DNA from: Trichodelitschia bisporula
Taxonomy: Eukaryota
DNA length: 64,000 bases
Direction: 5' to 3'
NCBI GenBank assembly: GCA_010356995.1
Contig: ML996692.1
Location: 124,001-188,000 of the forward strand
Part shown: piece after piece, positions 48,437-60,967 of the stretch
Position numbering within the stretch: the stretch's first letter is position 1
How the letters are laid out: every line of letters begins with the position of its first letter
Position numbers and translations under genes: made by a program
The notes under the pieces: model-generated
Seen by the model: only the letters and a program-made list of their open reading frames with translations
What the model was told of the DNA's origin: nothing
Database searches by the model: none

Positions 48437-51400
48437 CTACGGCCGCTTCTTGGGGTGACCCTCGACTTCGGAAGCACCGTCTAAAAGTCGGAAGAGTCTA
48501 GAAAAGGACAGTGGACTCGTCGACCAGTGGATGATGACGAACCACATGCAGAGGATGTTGACGAGATGATGAAGAAGGTAGGCATAACTCACACCGTAAA
48601 CGGCGGCGGAGAAGGCGAGCACAAACAGGAGAAGGTCCGTGACATTGCGCAAACTACCACCAGTGAGTCAAAGACAACCTGCCGAGAACGCATATAACTG
48701 ACCGAGTTTGAAGACGCGGAATCATTCTGCCGGTGCTCAGTGTTTCCACGAGCAGGATATACGGCATAATGGAGAGGATGTTGTGGTGAGAGGAGAAGGG
48801 GGTCAGCCAGTGGACCGAGAGGTTGCGGATCCACACGGCCAGCGTCGGCACATTGATAGGGAAGATCCAGAGCATTAACACGAGGATGGAGTGGGTGTAG
48901 TTGTAGAAGTTGCAATTCGCATCCGATCGCTGTCTCTACTTAGTACCCGTGCATGACAACTGCTGGCTAACTTACGGTGTCCCAGGTCACACGGAGGGCT
49001 CGGACGCATGTGGCGATCTGAACGAGGCAAAGCACAATGTAGGCGAACTGGTAGGGAATCACGGTAGACACTAGGAGGAGTAGCAGGCCAGTCGTGATAA
49101 AGCGCGTCCGTATAGGAGTGACGGTGAAGGTCGCAAGCGTCCTGCAGTTGTCAGCGCGATCAGAAATCATGGTGGGATTCTTACCGTCCGTCACTCCTGG
49201 CCGCAATCGACCGCAATGAGGAATAGATCATCGTCAGAAAATAGGTCAGGGCCAATGCAACGTAGTTGATGGCGATGCAGAGTCCGAGACTGATTACGCC
49301 AAAAATTGGAAGGAGGAACCAGAAGAACGGGTCCGGCGAGCCCATCAGCAAGTCGTTCTTGGTATAGTCAATAAGGCTCTCAGTGGCGTTCCCAGGTTGC
49401 CTATTAAAGTAGTGATTAGACTGGTCGACCTCGGTATGGCCGTCCTGTGCGAAATACAGCGAACACCCTGAAAGCAGAGTGAATACGATGGGGACCGATT
49501 TGCGCAGACATTGGTTCATCCCTTCCGAGAAGCTCATGAAAACGCCTACAAGTGTCAATAGACAACCCACTGGAGGGAGGCAATCTTACCAGACTCCTCA
49601 TGCACTTGAAACTGCTTCCGGAGAACCAGAGCAACAGCCAACAGCGGGAATGTCGCGAAAATTGTCCGATAGCGCATCCACAACTTTCCGAAGCTTCCCA
49701 CAACGTCGAGTCGAAGGTCAAGGTCCAGGGCGCTCTTGCAGGTGGGGTCGGTCCAAATCTGCAAGGCAAGGCCGTTGCGCAAGTCGCGTCCCCGAAGAGC
49801 GGGAGGCATGTACGGAGCAACGCCATGCAAGTTGATATCTGCCTCATGGAGATTGACGAAAAACTTGGACTCGTAGACGTCCGAGATGTACTGTCGCACA
49901 AGAGGTGTGAAGAGAGCAGCACCGTCACCACAAGCGGGGGAAGAAATTTTCAATCTGTAGGCCAGCATGCTCGAATCCAAGGCCGGAATCTTGAGATCCA
50001 TCATCAAAGGACGCTTAGCAGGGAGTCTTAGGCGCAGGGATGTGCTCAACAGCCTCCGGAGGCCAAAGGTAGACCGCAAGACAGACTCTGATCCCGCATT
50101 GAACTCGGCCACGACCCAGCCAGCAGTGGGGCTCGTTGCCTTGTCAACCACTGCAACGAACTGGTGCTCGACAAGGTCTTCCAGATCATACTGCAAGTAC
50201 GAAAACGGAGGCCTCTTTTCGAACGGGTGCTTCGCGTCGCGTGTGGAAGCTGGCAGCCGGATGGTGTCAGAAGCGGCATTTTTGCAGGCGAGACGGGAGC
50301 CGGAGCCATCACCGGAGAGATCCATGTTCATGGAGAGCAATGTCGCCGTGTTGCCGACCTGCAGCGGGAATACGCTGCAGAACAATACTTCAAGATTTCC
50401 ACTCTCACCCGGCGCATCCAAATGCTGGTCGCTCAGCAAGGTGAATTTCCTCCCCTCTGACGATCCCTGAGGGGGAATTGGCAGCAGATAGGCCTTCTTC
50501 TTTCCATGCTGGCCAAAGCTACGCAGCACCAAGCGCTCCCCCTGCGAAATGATGGCGTTGGAATCGTCCTCCAGGGTCAGAAGGGTTTTGGGCTCCTCGA
50601 AAGGAAGGGTCTTTTCAGCAATATCTTCAAGCCCAGTTAAGAGCCACTTCTTAAAAGACCGCATGCGCATCCCGCGGGGCTTCGTTTGTGCAGCGCGATT
50701 GACATCCATTACGTCGTACAGTGCTCTGATTACGGCCTTCCGCAGCTCGTCGCACCAGGTTATGGCCAAATGATCCATGCCCATCCAGACGTCCGGGATG
50801 GACGAGGTGAAGACAGTGAAGCCATGCGTATCCGGCACCAAGGACGTGACGCTTGAGTACTCTGATGGGATCATTGTGTCCAGACCGCCTCCTGCAATTG
50901 AAATCAGGGTGACATGCCACAAAGGGTTGTCTGAGCCCCATTCCGTCGCATGCGCTTTCCTCCAGTACTCGTTAACCTGTTTGTAGGTGGACACCATTTG
51001 AGCATCGAAGGAAACCGGTGGCCGTGCATGGGGCGCCGCGAGCGTGATTATGGTATTAACCGAGTTGGCTTGGTAGTTTGGCATCGTGAGCATGGTGCGA
51101 GCAACCACGCCACCCATTGAGTGTCCAACAAGGATCACGGAGCTTGGATCGGGCAAACTGGGGTCCCTCTTCGACCGCTCCGGGTCGTGGTATATAGAGA
51201 GGATGTAAGCGATCGCATCGTTGAGGTACTCCGCCTGGTCTAGCAGAGTCTGGCCGTGAAAAGCGGTAATATCTTCGTTGAAATCTACCGTGAAGAAGTC
51301 CAGCGCCCGCTTCGCCTCATTGCCACCATACGGTCGGATGTGATTGGCGTAGTATTCCTCCGCTTCGGCGGCGAAGGAGCGCACTTGTTTGAAGCTACCG

Positions 51401-52041
51401 GCATTCCCGGGGATGAAGAGTACGGGAACTCCTTTCACCTGTGGGGTTGGTTAGCGCATCGGCGATAGAGGTGGTGAACTTACTCTGTAGTCTTCGTCGA
51501 TGCCCATTTCCCGGTAGAGATGCAGCGAGTACTTGGTGGCAAAGCGCGTATGCTCCGTGTCGAACTCTGGAAAAGGGACGTAGCCACTCGCCATGTAGGA
51601 CATGCCCGTGCCGATCGGATCCCGTTGTCGCGTTGTGAAGGACTGCATTATCGCAAGCATAAGTGTAGCAGCCGTCACCAGCGTAGCCACCGACAACCAC
51701 GAGCACGACCATGGATTTAACCAGCGCGCTCTCCGGCGAGGAGCCTGTGTCTCCACGACGACGTCGCGAGCGATGTCTTTGACGGCGGCGCGAAGCTCAA
51801 TCATCTCTTTTTCGCAAGGTGGAGACTTTTTGGGTGATTGATTCCATGCAGCCTTTGCGCCTGCGCCGGCTCCGGAACGACTGGTGCGTCGCTTCTTTTT
51901 ACTACTGTCGAGTTGGTGCGGCGCGGGGGTGTCTCGATGTGCGTCGTCGTTATCCGTGTCGGCCGACGCGAGGGGCGCATCGGCACTGGGGGTCGCATCC
52001 TCCTCCTCCTCAGTGCCCGACCCTGAAGGCCGTCTCCTCAT
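48437..52041 (-). CDS. BST1: GPI inositol-deacylase (PGAP1 family)
   Basis: GVPVLFIPGNAGSFKQVRS, LVGHSMGG nucleophile elbow, MDHLAITWC, C-terminal multi-TM region; about five short introns. Confidence 0.95.
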
Positions 52042-54764
52042 TTAATCGAGTCCAGAGTGGACCACGAAATGCTGCACCTTGAGGGCGACGGTGACGATAA
52101 GGTGGGGAAGAGAGGGGGGAGGGAATTGGCAGCCGGGTTTGGTGGTTGTCGAGTTTCGCAGGCGGACCGAGTATTGGAAGCAGCGCGGCAAGCAGTCGTA
52201 AGCACAAGCACCAGGAGGAGGGAAGCCAAGAGTCTTGGTGGTTGGGTGGAGAGTGGAGACTGGACGGGAGGGGATTGATGTCCCCAACGCGCGCCAAGGA
52301 ACGAGGCGCAGATAGGAAGCGCGGAAGAGGGCTAGAATGGGGGTTTTGGGAGACAAATGGATGCAGATAACTCGTGCCGATAGGCGGGAGAATTCCTGTG
52401 ATGGGGTGGCTGGTGGGGGGAGAATGGAGACCGATGACAGAGGAAAAGACGCGCGCAAACACCTCGTGGGTGGGTACGGGTTTTGGCGGGACAGCTTTCT
52501 GGTTCGGGTGGAGACTTTCGTTCGGAGCAGTGAGCGAAAGAACGGGGCACAAGCGATGAAGAAAGAGAAGAAGAAGAGGTGTTTGTTTCTTCTCCACTTT
52601 GAACTACAGTTCTCTAGTATGTCATGATACGTTAGCTAGCAGTACATCCTGACGCTAGCCATTGCGAATCGCCTTCCATGTTCCAACAGTAACAGAGCTG
52701 CAGAAGAATTCTATTCCCATGTCCTACCTTGTTAGGGTCCCCCGCTATGCTCCTTGAAGATTAGCAGCTCGTTCACATTCAGCTTTTCAAGTATTTTGCC
52801 ACGCTTTTCACTCAGGTAGTGTGTCCAAGCCGTGATCAGTTCCTTGAGTGGCCTTCCCAGACGGGCAAAGATCTAGGGGAGCAAGAGAGCAAGTGAGCGA
52901 GAAGAATCGGGAGTGCGAAGGGCCCCCCGTTAAGCTAAGGTCTGAAGAGGCCAAGCGCGGCGCCTCGCAAACCCTCTGCGCACCACTCCCCTGCCCTTGC
53001 GTGCTGCGCGCCAAAAGACGCCTCAGCCTGCGGACGCAGCCAACTGCAAAAGCTGTGCGGCGCCGTGTAATAACTGGACATGACTGGCTATATATCGCAG
53101 ATGGTTTCCGAATCTCGCAATCCCGGACCAAGATGCGGTCCTCTAAGATCAGCCGCCGGCCGCGGGAGCCGCTCGAGCTCGGACAGAAAATCTCTAAAAG
53201 AAAGAAAAAAGCTTCGCGTGGTGCGCGCTTGTCTTCGGCTCCAGCTCCACTTCTCTCCAACCATGCCGTGACGCCATGCGGGACTCGCGCCATCCCGCTG
53301 TGTTCTGGGCAACGTTCCCGCGATGATGACTTCACAAACTGCAAAACACTCCACAGCTATTACTTTGAGTATCTGACACTTGCTTCCTGCCTCAGCGATA
53401 AGGCTTCCCTGCTGCAAATCTCCCTATGTATATCCCTCTATCCTGGTCTGGGGTCATCCCTCTCTCTCCATCTTGTCTGTCCGCCGAGGTCGTCGTCTCC
53501 GGATAGCCGAGCGACATCTCTTCGTCCGCGTGCATTGATACCTATCCTAGTTCTAAAGCGACAGGATCGCATTGCTCTGAAACTGATTGGCGTGGCACCT
53601 GCAAGGCGTAAGCCGGTTTGTGTTTTGGTGCCAGGTATGGCTGCTACGGCGTACAGCTGCATCCATTTGTCCTGCACAGCTTCCTGTTACAACTGCATGT
53701 CCGATGATCCACCCCAACTCTCCCGTGTCAGACTCCGATCAAGCTTCCCTTCTCTCTACCACAGTAGGCTTCTCTTAGGCTTCCATTGAGTCGGTGAGTC
53801 AACGAGAATGGTGTCGACATCCTGCTCCTTTCCGGCCCGCTTCGGCAGCCCTTTCCATTGAGCTTCTGTCCGACCCGAGCTGATTCTGTATTGGCCCTCA
53901 TGGCACTATATGGAGCAATATCCTTGCTATCATTGCTAACCCTTGGCGTGGAGAATGATTGAAACAACGTGCTACTTCGACCGAAGTCTTCCTTGCGCAC
54001 GACGTTTTAATGACTCGTAACCATCAGCCCAACCGCAATCTGAAACACAGACTTGCAGCGATACCTCAGCTTATATGTCGAACCTTTCTCCAGTCACCGG
54101 TACCGACACAAAGAAGCCGAACCATCAGTCGGCGTCGCTCTATCATATACACGTGGTGGACCTTCGCCTTGTAGTCGAATGCTAGGTGGGATGGGTTATG
54201 GCAAATTTTATGCTATTCCTTGTAGTTGAATATCTCCTACCCGCGGGGTAAACGGCCGACTGTACGTTGGCAAACATGACATCGATGGCGGTTCCATCTC
54301 GATTGTCCGACCCCACCTCCAGCTGCGCCACATTTTCTCGACGGGTGTGGCGCTTTCTCGGCATCTTGGCCTTTTGTTTGGTCCGCAGGGGTCTGACCAC
54401 ATCTCCAACATGTTCACTCCCAGACTCCTTCCTTCTCGCAGCTTTGTACCTCAACCATGATGAAAAGGTCAATCAGAGAACTCGCAGATACATCCTTATG
54501 GACGCTGTGAATCTATACCAGTGGTTCCCTCAATTCAGCAAGAGCGAGCCGGAGCTCCTCTTCCGCTCGTGATGCAAACAGCAAACCGTGTCCCCCACGT
54601 GACGGCATAATTCACAACATCGACTACGGAGCTATTGCTAAAGCCATCGCTGATATCATCCACTCCGCCACACTTTTCCACCACCAAACTCTTCATACCG
54701 GATACTCATCACTGGGCAGCACACTTCTCCAACATAAAAGCCTCAAGCGGAACTTGCGCCAACC

Positions 54765-55667
54765 ATGGAGACCAACCACATCCCAAGTGCTGCTGCATTG
54801 CGGGAGTACACATACAGCCTTGCTCTCCCCCAGCCACCGCAAATCTACATTCCTGGAGAGCCTTGGGCTACTCCCCATGAGGAAGTCCCGCATGACAGGA
54901 TCATTTCGCTCTCGGATCCTGCTCTCGACATTTCATTCCTGAACGGCACCGGCTTTGCGAAAGTACTCCGGGAGCCGATGATCGACTGGGAATACCAGTG
55001 CCGCCACGAGGCACAGCAAATCCTGTCCTTCCTCTGGATTGGTCCGAAAAGCGCCGCGCGTGACCGGTACTTTCTCACGGACAACAACATCACCCTCATG
55101 ATCGGCATAGCCATTTCCCATTCCATGACCGAGAGAATGCAGAAAACGGTTGTTGCTGCTGCCAATAGCGTTGGCGCAGCTTATCATCTCCTCCAGCTTG
55201 GCCATCAGCGGGACTGCATTCGCATCTTTGCTCATTGCATGATGACCATCAACGCCTACGTTCGGAGGGCGCACGATCAGGGGGCTGAATGCAATGTTCT
55301 CGTCTACTGCGACACCGGAAACGATCTCGCTCCAACGGTCATCGCTGCGTACCTCATGGAGATCGTGGAAGGAGTTAAGATGAACGATGCTATCTTGATG
55401 ACACAGCGTCGGCGCTTCAGCTCGGCCTTCAGCGATGACGCCAAGCAAGTGCTCCTCACTTACGAAGGGATCATCAAGGCTCAGCGGGAGATGGGGCACC
55501 AGCCTGGTTGTCAAATGCTATCGGATACTGAGATGGCCGACAAGCGGAAGCGCAGCAACACTGTTACTGATGATGAGCGGTTTGACGGACGCTATAACGC
55601 GCCTTTCGTTGATCCTGATCTCGACATCGACATGGAAGATGACCTCGATCATATTTGCCAGTCTTAG
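54765..55667 (+). CDS. Dual-specificity-phosphatase-fold protein, STYX-like, probably catalytically impaired
   Basis: WEYQCRHEAQQILSFLWIGP (STYX-like N-terminus) and NVLVYCDTGNDLAPTVIAAYLM (P-loop region lacking the CX5R Arg); intronless, 300 aa. Confidence 0.8.
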   Translation: METNHIPSAAALREYTYSLALPQPPQIYIPGEPWATPHEEVPHDRIISLSDPALDISFLNGTGFAKVLREPMIDWEYQCRHEAQQILSFLWIGPKSAARDRYFLTDNNITLMIGIAISHSMTERMQKTVVAAANSVGAAYHLLQLGHQRDCIRIFAHCMMTINAYVRRAHDQGAECNVLVYCDTGNDLAPTVIAAYLMEIVEGVKMNDAILMTQRRRFSSAFSDDAKQVLLTYEGIIKAQREMGHQPGCQMLSDTEMADKRKRSNTVTDDERFDGRYNAPFVDPDLDIDMEDDLDHICQS

Positions 55668-56641
55668 ATCCACGGACATCTCTCATCTCATGCCGTGGTG
55701 TACGGCAATTCAACAATCACATACCATCAACGCCTCCACACTCTCACCTTCTATAATTTCATAGTTCATATTTCCTCCTTTTCCCCCACTCACAACATAC
55801 CCCCTTTCCTCGGTTCTCTTCCGGATCCTGTCTCGAAGCGTTCCGGCACCAGTATGGCGCATGGGATGATGGGTTCTCTGGCGTTCGGAACCAATGATTT
55901 CTTTTCGGACGGTGGATAGATGGTCTGTCTGTTCGGGCGTCCAGGATGATGGAGGTTTTGCTTCAATGTCTTGATAGGGTTGATTCGGTATGGAATGGGT
56001 AATTCAATAGTCTAATTTCTGCTATTGGGTTTACGTGTGATGTTGTTATGGAAGGAACATTGATATGTCAGGAAGGCGCATACTACGGGTCATGATGTGA
56101 TGAGCGCATGATGGAAGGGAAGGAGCAAAGGAGGATACTTGGCATCGTGTATCTGAGTTTCGAGAGTCTCTGACTCTCTTCCTCTCTTGGTCCTCTACTT
56201 CAACCTTCAGTTTGCACTGTTGCGTTGCCTGTGTAATGAACTTTGCCCCCATCGAACTGATTTTCATGTGTTCCATGTTCACCAGAAAATTTGATCATGT
56301 ATCCCGCCACAAGCTCCCACGAATGCATTCGCTTTTTCCCTTCGCCATCATAATAGCTGCCCAGGGTTCGATGAGACAAGCACAGAATCGCAGCGGGTTA
56401 GCTGCTGCTTCATGTCACTCATCACGATCACTGCAATTCATGAACCATCTTTCCATTACTCAATGAGACTAAACTAAAAGCAAACCACAGAAAGTGGTGC
56501 CACCTCGAACTCCGTATTTGTTGTCCCAGGGTATCTCGTCATGTTATGTCATAAATGCGTCCATTCTCGTAATCGTAATCTGTCATGGTGATCATTGCTC
56601 CGTATGCTGCCCACAGGTCGTGCGAGCCGAGCGCGGAACTC

Positions 56642-58399
56642 CTAATAATCCGTATAATCATCGTCGACATCCATGTCCTCAGCGTCATCGTCGTCGTTGT
56701 CGCCGTTGTCGTCGCCGTCATAGTCAGACTCTTCCTCCTCATCCTCATGCGCGAGGCACTCCGTGCAGGTGCAGAGCACATCAGAATTCGCCACATCCTG
56801 GATATCACGCTTGACGCGAGCATGCTTCAACTTCAACGTCCGCAGATCTTTCTTGATGATATCATCCATCTTCTTCTCTAGCTCGTCGAACAGCTTCTGC
56901 AGGCCCGTCTCATCGCCAATCTCGCGAAGCAGGCGCGCGCGGTGAATGAAGCCTTCCTTACCGTCTGGCATGCGAGCGGAATAGTGCTGCCGGAGCCGAC
57001 GTGAAAGGTCGACCATCTTCTGGTAATAGCCGCACACACGATGCCACTCTGGAGTGGGAATGAGAGCGGGGCCATAGGCGAGAGGACCGGGAGTTCCGAC
57101 AAGCAGGCGCAGAGTGGTCTGGAACTTCTCTTTGTAGGTGAGAAAGTCTTCGTGCTCGGTGAGCTGCTTCAGGACTGTCATCGGCGGGACCTTCGGGGAG
57201 TAAATGGTGGTCGGAACGTCGAATGTGAGTACATTATCGTCCATGGTGACATTTCCCTGTGCATCTATGGCTTGAGTGGGCTCAACGTGGTCCATAATAT
57301 ACACCGATGGCGCGATCCACTCCTGGGAGACGACTTCGTAGACGAACTCCAGAGAGACGTGCGTGATGTTGCGGAGGAAAAGAAGCGGTTCCGTGACTAA
57401 CTTAGCCATTTCGAAGACATCATCGTCGTTCCACTTGTCATGGACGTTGTGCACGCAGAGGACTACCGTAAGCGTGTGGACGAGCTTGTGGCGATTGATA
57501 ATCTTGGCAAGCTGAAGAACCGAGTCGCGCAAGTTCCACATGCGAACCTCGAAGTCCGCGAAATGGCCGGAGCCCTCCTTGATTTTGAGGAGGTTCAACT
57601 GTATGCGAACGTTCCGAATATGACGGAACATCGCCGGATCCCAGCGCGTTGGCATGCCGTACGGGGAGTCGTCGAGAGAGTGGGGAAAGACCATCCGACC
57701 GCAGACGGCAATCGTCCTATCAGCAACGACGGCGGTGTAGGGATGAGTGCCGTAAAGAACTTCAGAGGCTTCCTTATTTATGGTCTTGTTGACACGGAGC
57801 AAGCCTAGGGTGCACGCCACCTTGTCCTGGCGCAGAGGCACAGGGCGAGAATTGAAGGCCGAGATCGGCTTGTCCGGAAGGAGGTATGTGAAGATCTCGC
57901 GCCGCAGCTCCGTGGGGATCCTCATGATATGGCAAGGCATAACCTTCCAGCCCCGATGCTTGTGGCAGAGGTCGAACTCCGGCGGATTCGGTCGAATGCG
58001 CTCGCCGCAAGGCTTACCATCATCGTCGACGAAGATGCACTTGATCGCCGGAATCTTCTCGTCCTGATGAGCGGAGCAGACGTCCAGGAAGAGATCATTA
58101 CGACGCGGACACGATTTGCCGCAGATGGAGATCTGGTCACCATGGAACTCGACGTAGTTGCACTTGTTGGCCCGCGCGGGAAGCTTCTGAGGCTTGTACT
58201 TGATGGCAACATCAGGCGAAAGTACAAGCGGGGCGTGCTCGGCGAATTGACGTGGCTGCACACGAGTCGGAGGAGTTGGGATGGCCGGGATCAGCCCACT
58301 CATGGCAGGCACAGGATCTCCGACGGGCACCAATCCGGATGGGCCCGGCCCCATGTACAGCTGCACATAGTTGAGAGGAGGGACTGTGTTCCTACTCAT
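56642..58399 (-). CDS. Hypothetical protein with two Cys3His finger-like repeats, an F-box-like motif and an acidic tail
   Basis: Long stop-free ORF; first ATG with a plausible context is 58399. C-x12-C-x14-C-x2-H and C-x9-C-x13-C-x2-H, then HIMRIPTELRREIFTYLLP and LLRVNKTINKEASEVLYG. Confidence 0.75.
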   Translation of the reverse strand: MSRNTVPPLNYVQLYMGPGPSGLVPVGDPVPAMSGLIPAIPTPPTRVQPRQFAEHAPLVLSPDVAIKYKPQKLPARANKCNYVEFHGDQISICGKSCPRRNDLFLDVCSAHQDEKIPAIKCIFVDDDGKPCGERIRPNPPEFDLCHKHRGWKVMPCHIMRIPTELRREIFTYLLPDKPISAFNSRPVPLRQDKVACTLGLLRVNKTINKEASEVLYGTHPYTAVVADRTIAVCGRMVFPHSLDDSPYGMPTRWDPAMFRHIRNVRIQLNLLKIKEGSGHFADFEVRMWNLRDSVLQLAKIINRHKLVHTLTVVLCVHNVHDKWNDDDVFEMAKLVTEPLLFLRNITHVSLEFVYEVVSQEWIAPSVYIMDHVEPTQAIDAQGNVTMDDNVLTFDVPTTIYSPKVPPMTVLKQLTEHEDFLTYKEKFQTTLRLLVGTPGPLAYGPALIPTPEWHRVCGYYQKMVDLSRRLRQHYSARMPDGKEGFIHRARLLREIGDETGLQKLFDELEKKMDDIIKKDLRTLKLKHARVKRDIQDVANSDVLCTCTECLAHEDEEEESDYDGDDNGDNDDDDAEDMDVDDDYTDY

Positions 58400-59743
58400 G
58401 ATGGCGGTTTGAGGCCGGAGGACAATGCCTATGCTATGGATATCAGCAACCGGTTGCAACCCGCAGTGTGAAGCTGCTCGTACTTCATATTGAACGATAT
58501 TACGGAAGACGTTAAGAGATACGATCAAAGTCTTGTCAATAACGTACTGGATCAGGATTGTCAAGCGTTGTGGGAAGCGGGGAACTCGGTGGTTTCAAAG
58601 CAGAGGGAGGTTGTTGGTGGTAGTTGCGAGGAAGATGGTAGAGAGAAAGCTGTAGCAGTTGTTTAGCTTTTGTGGACGGCGCACGAGCACCATTCACCAT
58701 TCCACAAAGCATTGCCGTCTTGGAAGCACGGTCCAAGCCGGCAGACTTGTGGGAGTGCCAAGTTTGTACAATTGAAGCCCGTGCTACGGAATCTCGTGGA
58801 CCCGGCGCAGTACACGGAGTCCAACGTCGTTCCCATTTGGCCGGCATATGGTCCCTTAGAAGAGCAACGACATAGCGTATCGCTATCCGGTAGAGACAAA
58901 AAATGACTTGCCTGATATTATACCAAGGGGAGGCAGAAGATGCATTGCCGCTGCTGTTCTGATGTTGCCCTTTGAAATAGATGTCGACGGTAACGTGAAG
59001 CTGAACGTGAGTTGTCGAGAGCCAGGTTGGCTATAATATATATACCTGACAGACACAGAGGGGGCTTGTACAAGCCTCTGGCATCCAATCGTAATTGTCG
59101 GCATAGGTTAAGAAGTGCATTACATCGGAAGTGGCCTTCACGTCTGCCATTCCCTGGTGGAGTTTGTTTCGGGAGTGTCTATTGGGATATTATATCTGCA
59201 ATTGCATCAGTCGTAGGTAATTGCAAGACCCGACTTAAGGGGGGAAGGATGGAAGGACATGAAGAAATACTAGCCGATGGTCTGGATCCAGGCCAGTGGT
59301 GCAAAGCATTATGAAGGCGGCACGTGAGCTCCTGAAGCCAGGGAGCCAGGCACTCGAGAGGATAGTGCAAAGGTTCCCATGTGGACCGAAACTTCGAAGA
59401 CATTAGCTTTCGGGGGTGAAGCAGAATATTACTGATAGCCACAAAATCTTAAAAACCAAAAGCACCTTGACAGCTACTCACAAAAGTCAAAATATACGGA
59501 GTATGAGGAGGAACAAAGATTTGGACCATGTACATCTGTACGTAGTACCGAGGCAGAGGTGATCCAGGGGAAGGCTAGATTTATGTACCGGTAGTCTGGG
59601 CCAGCCACGTGCACAGACGACTGCCTGCCAACTTGGCAGTGGCGGATTGTGGCGGTGCAGTCACCACCAGGTGCCACCTCGACGACCATCGTCTTGAAGC
59701 TTCTCAACCATCGACTACCTTCCATCACTATTAACAACAGAAA

Positions 59744-60706
59744 ATGCGTTCATCCCTCACCCTCCTCCTCAGCGCCGCCTTGGCTCTTGCCGCTCCTACA
59801 CCCCCAGAAGATGACACTCCCCTCCCCGTCCTCATCTGGCACGGTCTAGGCGACACCTTCAACGGCGATGGCATCAAGCAAATCGGCGAGCTCATCGACT
59901 CCGTCCATGAAGGCACCCTCGTCTATCCCATCGGCCTCGATCCTGACCCAAACTCCGACCGCACCGCTTCGTGGTTTGGCAACACGACACAGCAGATCGC
60001 ACAGGTCTGTGCTGAGCTTGCTGCGCATCCCATACTCTCCACCGCACCGGCAGTCGATGCGCTGGGCTTTTCGCAGGGCGGCATCTTCCTCCGCGCATAC
60101 GTCGAGAGGTGCAACTTCCCTCCTGTTCGGAATCTGGTCACGTTCGGCACTCCGCACAATGGCATCTCGGAGTTCCAGGCGTGCGCTACAACGGACTGGA
60201 TGTGCAAGGGGGCTATGGCCCTGCTGAAGATGAGGACGTGGAGCAGCTTCGTGCAGAATCGCCTGGTGCCTGCACAGTACTACCGCACCGTCGATCCGGA
60301 GACGGGTAATGCTAGCGAGGAGTATCTCGAGTACTCGAACCTGCTGGCGGACATCAACAACGAGCGGGAGGTGAAGAATGAGACGTACAAGAAGAACATT
60401 GCGTCGCTGAACAAGCTGGTCATGTTCCAGTTCTCGGACGACGTCACCGTTGTCCCGAGGGAGAGCGAATGGTTTGCCGAAGTAAACGGCACGACTCGCA
60501 CGGTGTTCCCGTTGAAGGACCGGCCCATCTACAAGGAGGACTGGTTGGGTCTGAAGAAGCTGGATGAGAAGGATGGTCTTGAATTCCGCATTGCTCCAGG
60601 CAAGCACATGCAACTGTCCGACAAGGTCCTGAAGGCCGCGTTCAAGGAGTACTTCGGACCGCTGAAGGCATCGTCGAAGGCGCCCAAGCCCAAGCTGGAC
60701 TTGTAG
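59744..60706 (+). CDS. PPT1: Palmitoyl-protein thioesterase, secreted/vacuolar
   Basis: Signal peptide; PVLIWHGLGD, GFSQGG, NLVTFGTPHNG, DVTVVPRESEWF, GKHM (Ser-Asp-His triad). Confidence 0.94.
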   Translation: MRSSLTLLLSAALALAAPTPPEDDTPLPVLIWHGLGDTFNGDGIKQIGELIDSVHEGTLVYPIGLDPDPNSDRTASWFGNTTQQIAQVCAELAAHPILSTAPAVDALGFSQGGIFLRAYVERCNFPPVRNLVTFGTPHNGISEFQACATTDWMCKGAMALLKMRTWSSFVQNRLVPAQYYRTVDPETGNASEEYLEYSNLLADINNEREVKNETYKKNIASLNKLVMFQFSDDVTVVPRESEWFAEVNGTTRTVFPLKDRPIYKEDWLGLKKLDEKDGLEFRIAPGKHMQLSDKVLKAAFKEYFGPLKASSKAPKPKLDL

Positions 60707-60967
60707 TGCGGGGGCTTGCAGATATGTAACATCAGTGTGTTGGAGTATCCGGTTGGCGGCGTTGAGGGAGCAAATCAGATATCTTGACCGGCTCCAGGCT
60801 ACTTTCATTCATGTTCTTTCTCACAATGAAACAAGTGTTTGCTGGATCATGGATGTAGGTTCTACATAAATTTAGCTGCCATGTGAAAGCCTGTCTTCTC
60901 GGAGAGGACTGGTAGCCCCACCCCACCCCACCCGACGCCTCGCGTATCTTGTACGCGCTATTTGGGA

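Noticed and set aside
53323..53376. ATGATGA...CTGA, possible box C/D snoRNA
   Set aside because: Only 54 nt, no terminal stem and no rRNA-complementary guide that I can recognise.
52848..53789. 313-aa + strand ORF
   Set aside because: GTG start, Arg/Ser/Cys-rich non-coding-like composition, no family motifs.
59846..60808. 320-aa antisense ORF over PPT1
   Set aside because: Codon-registered antisense shadow caused by codon bias.
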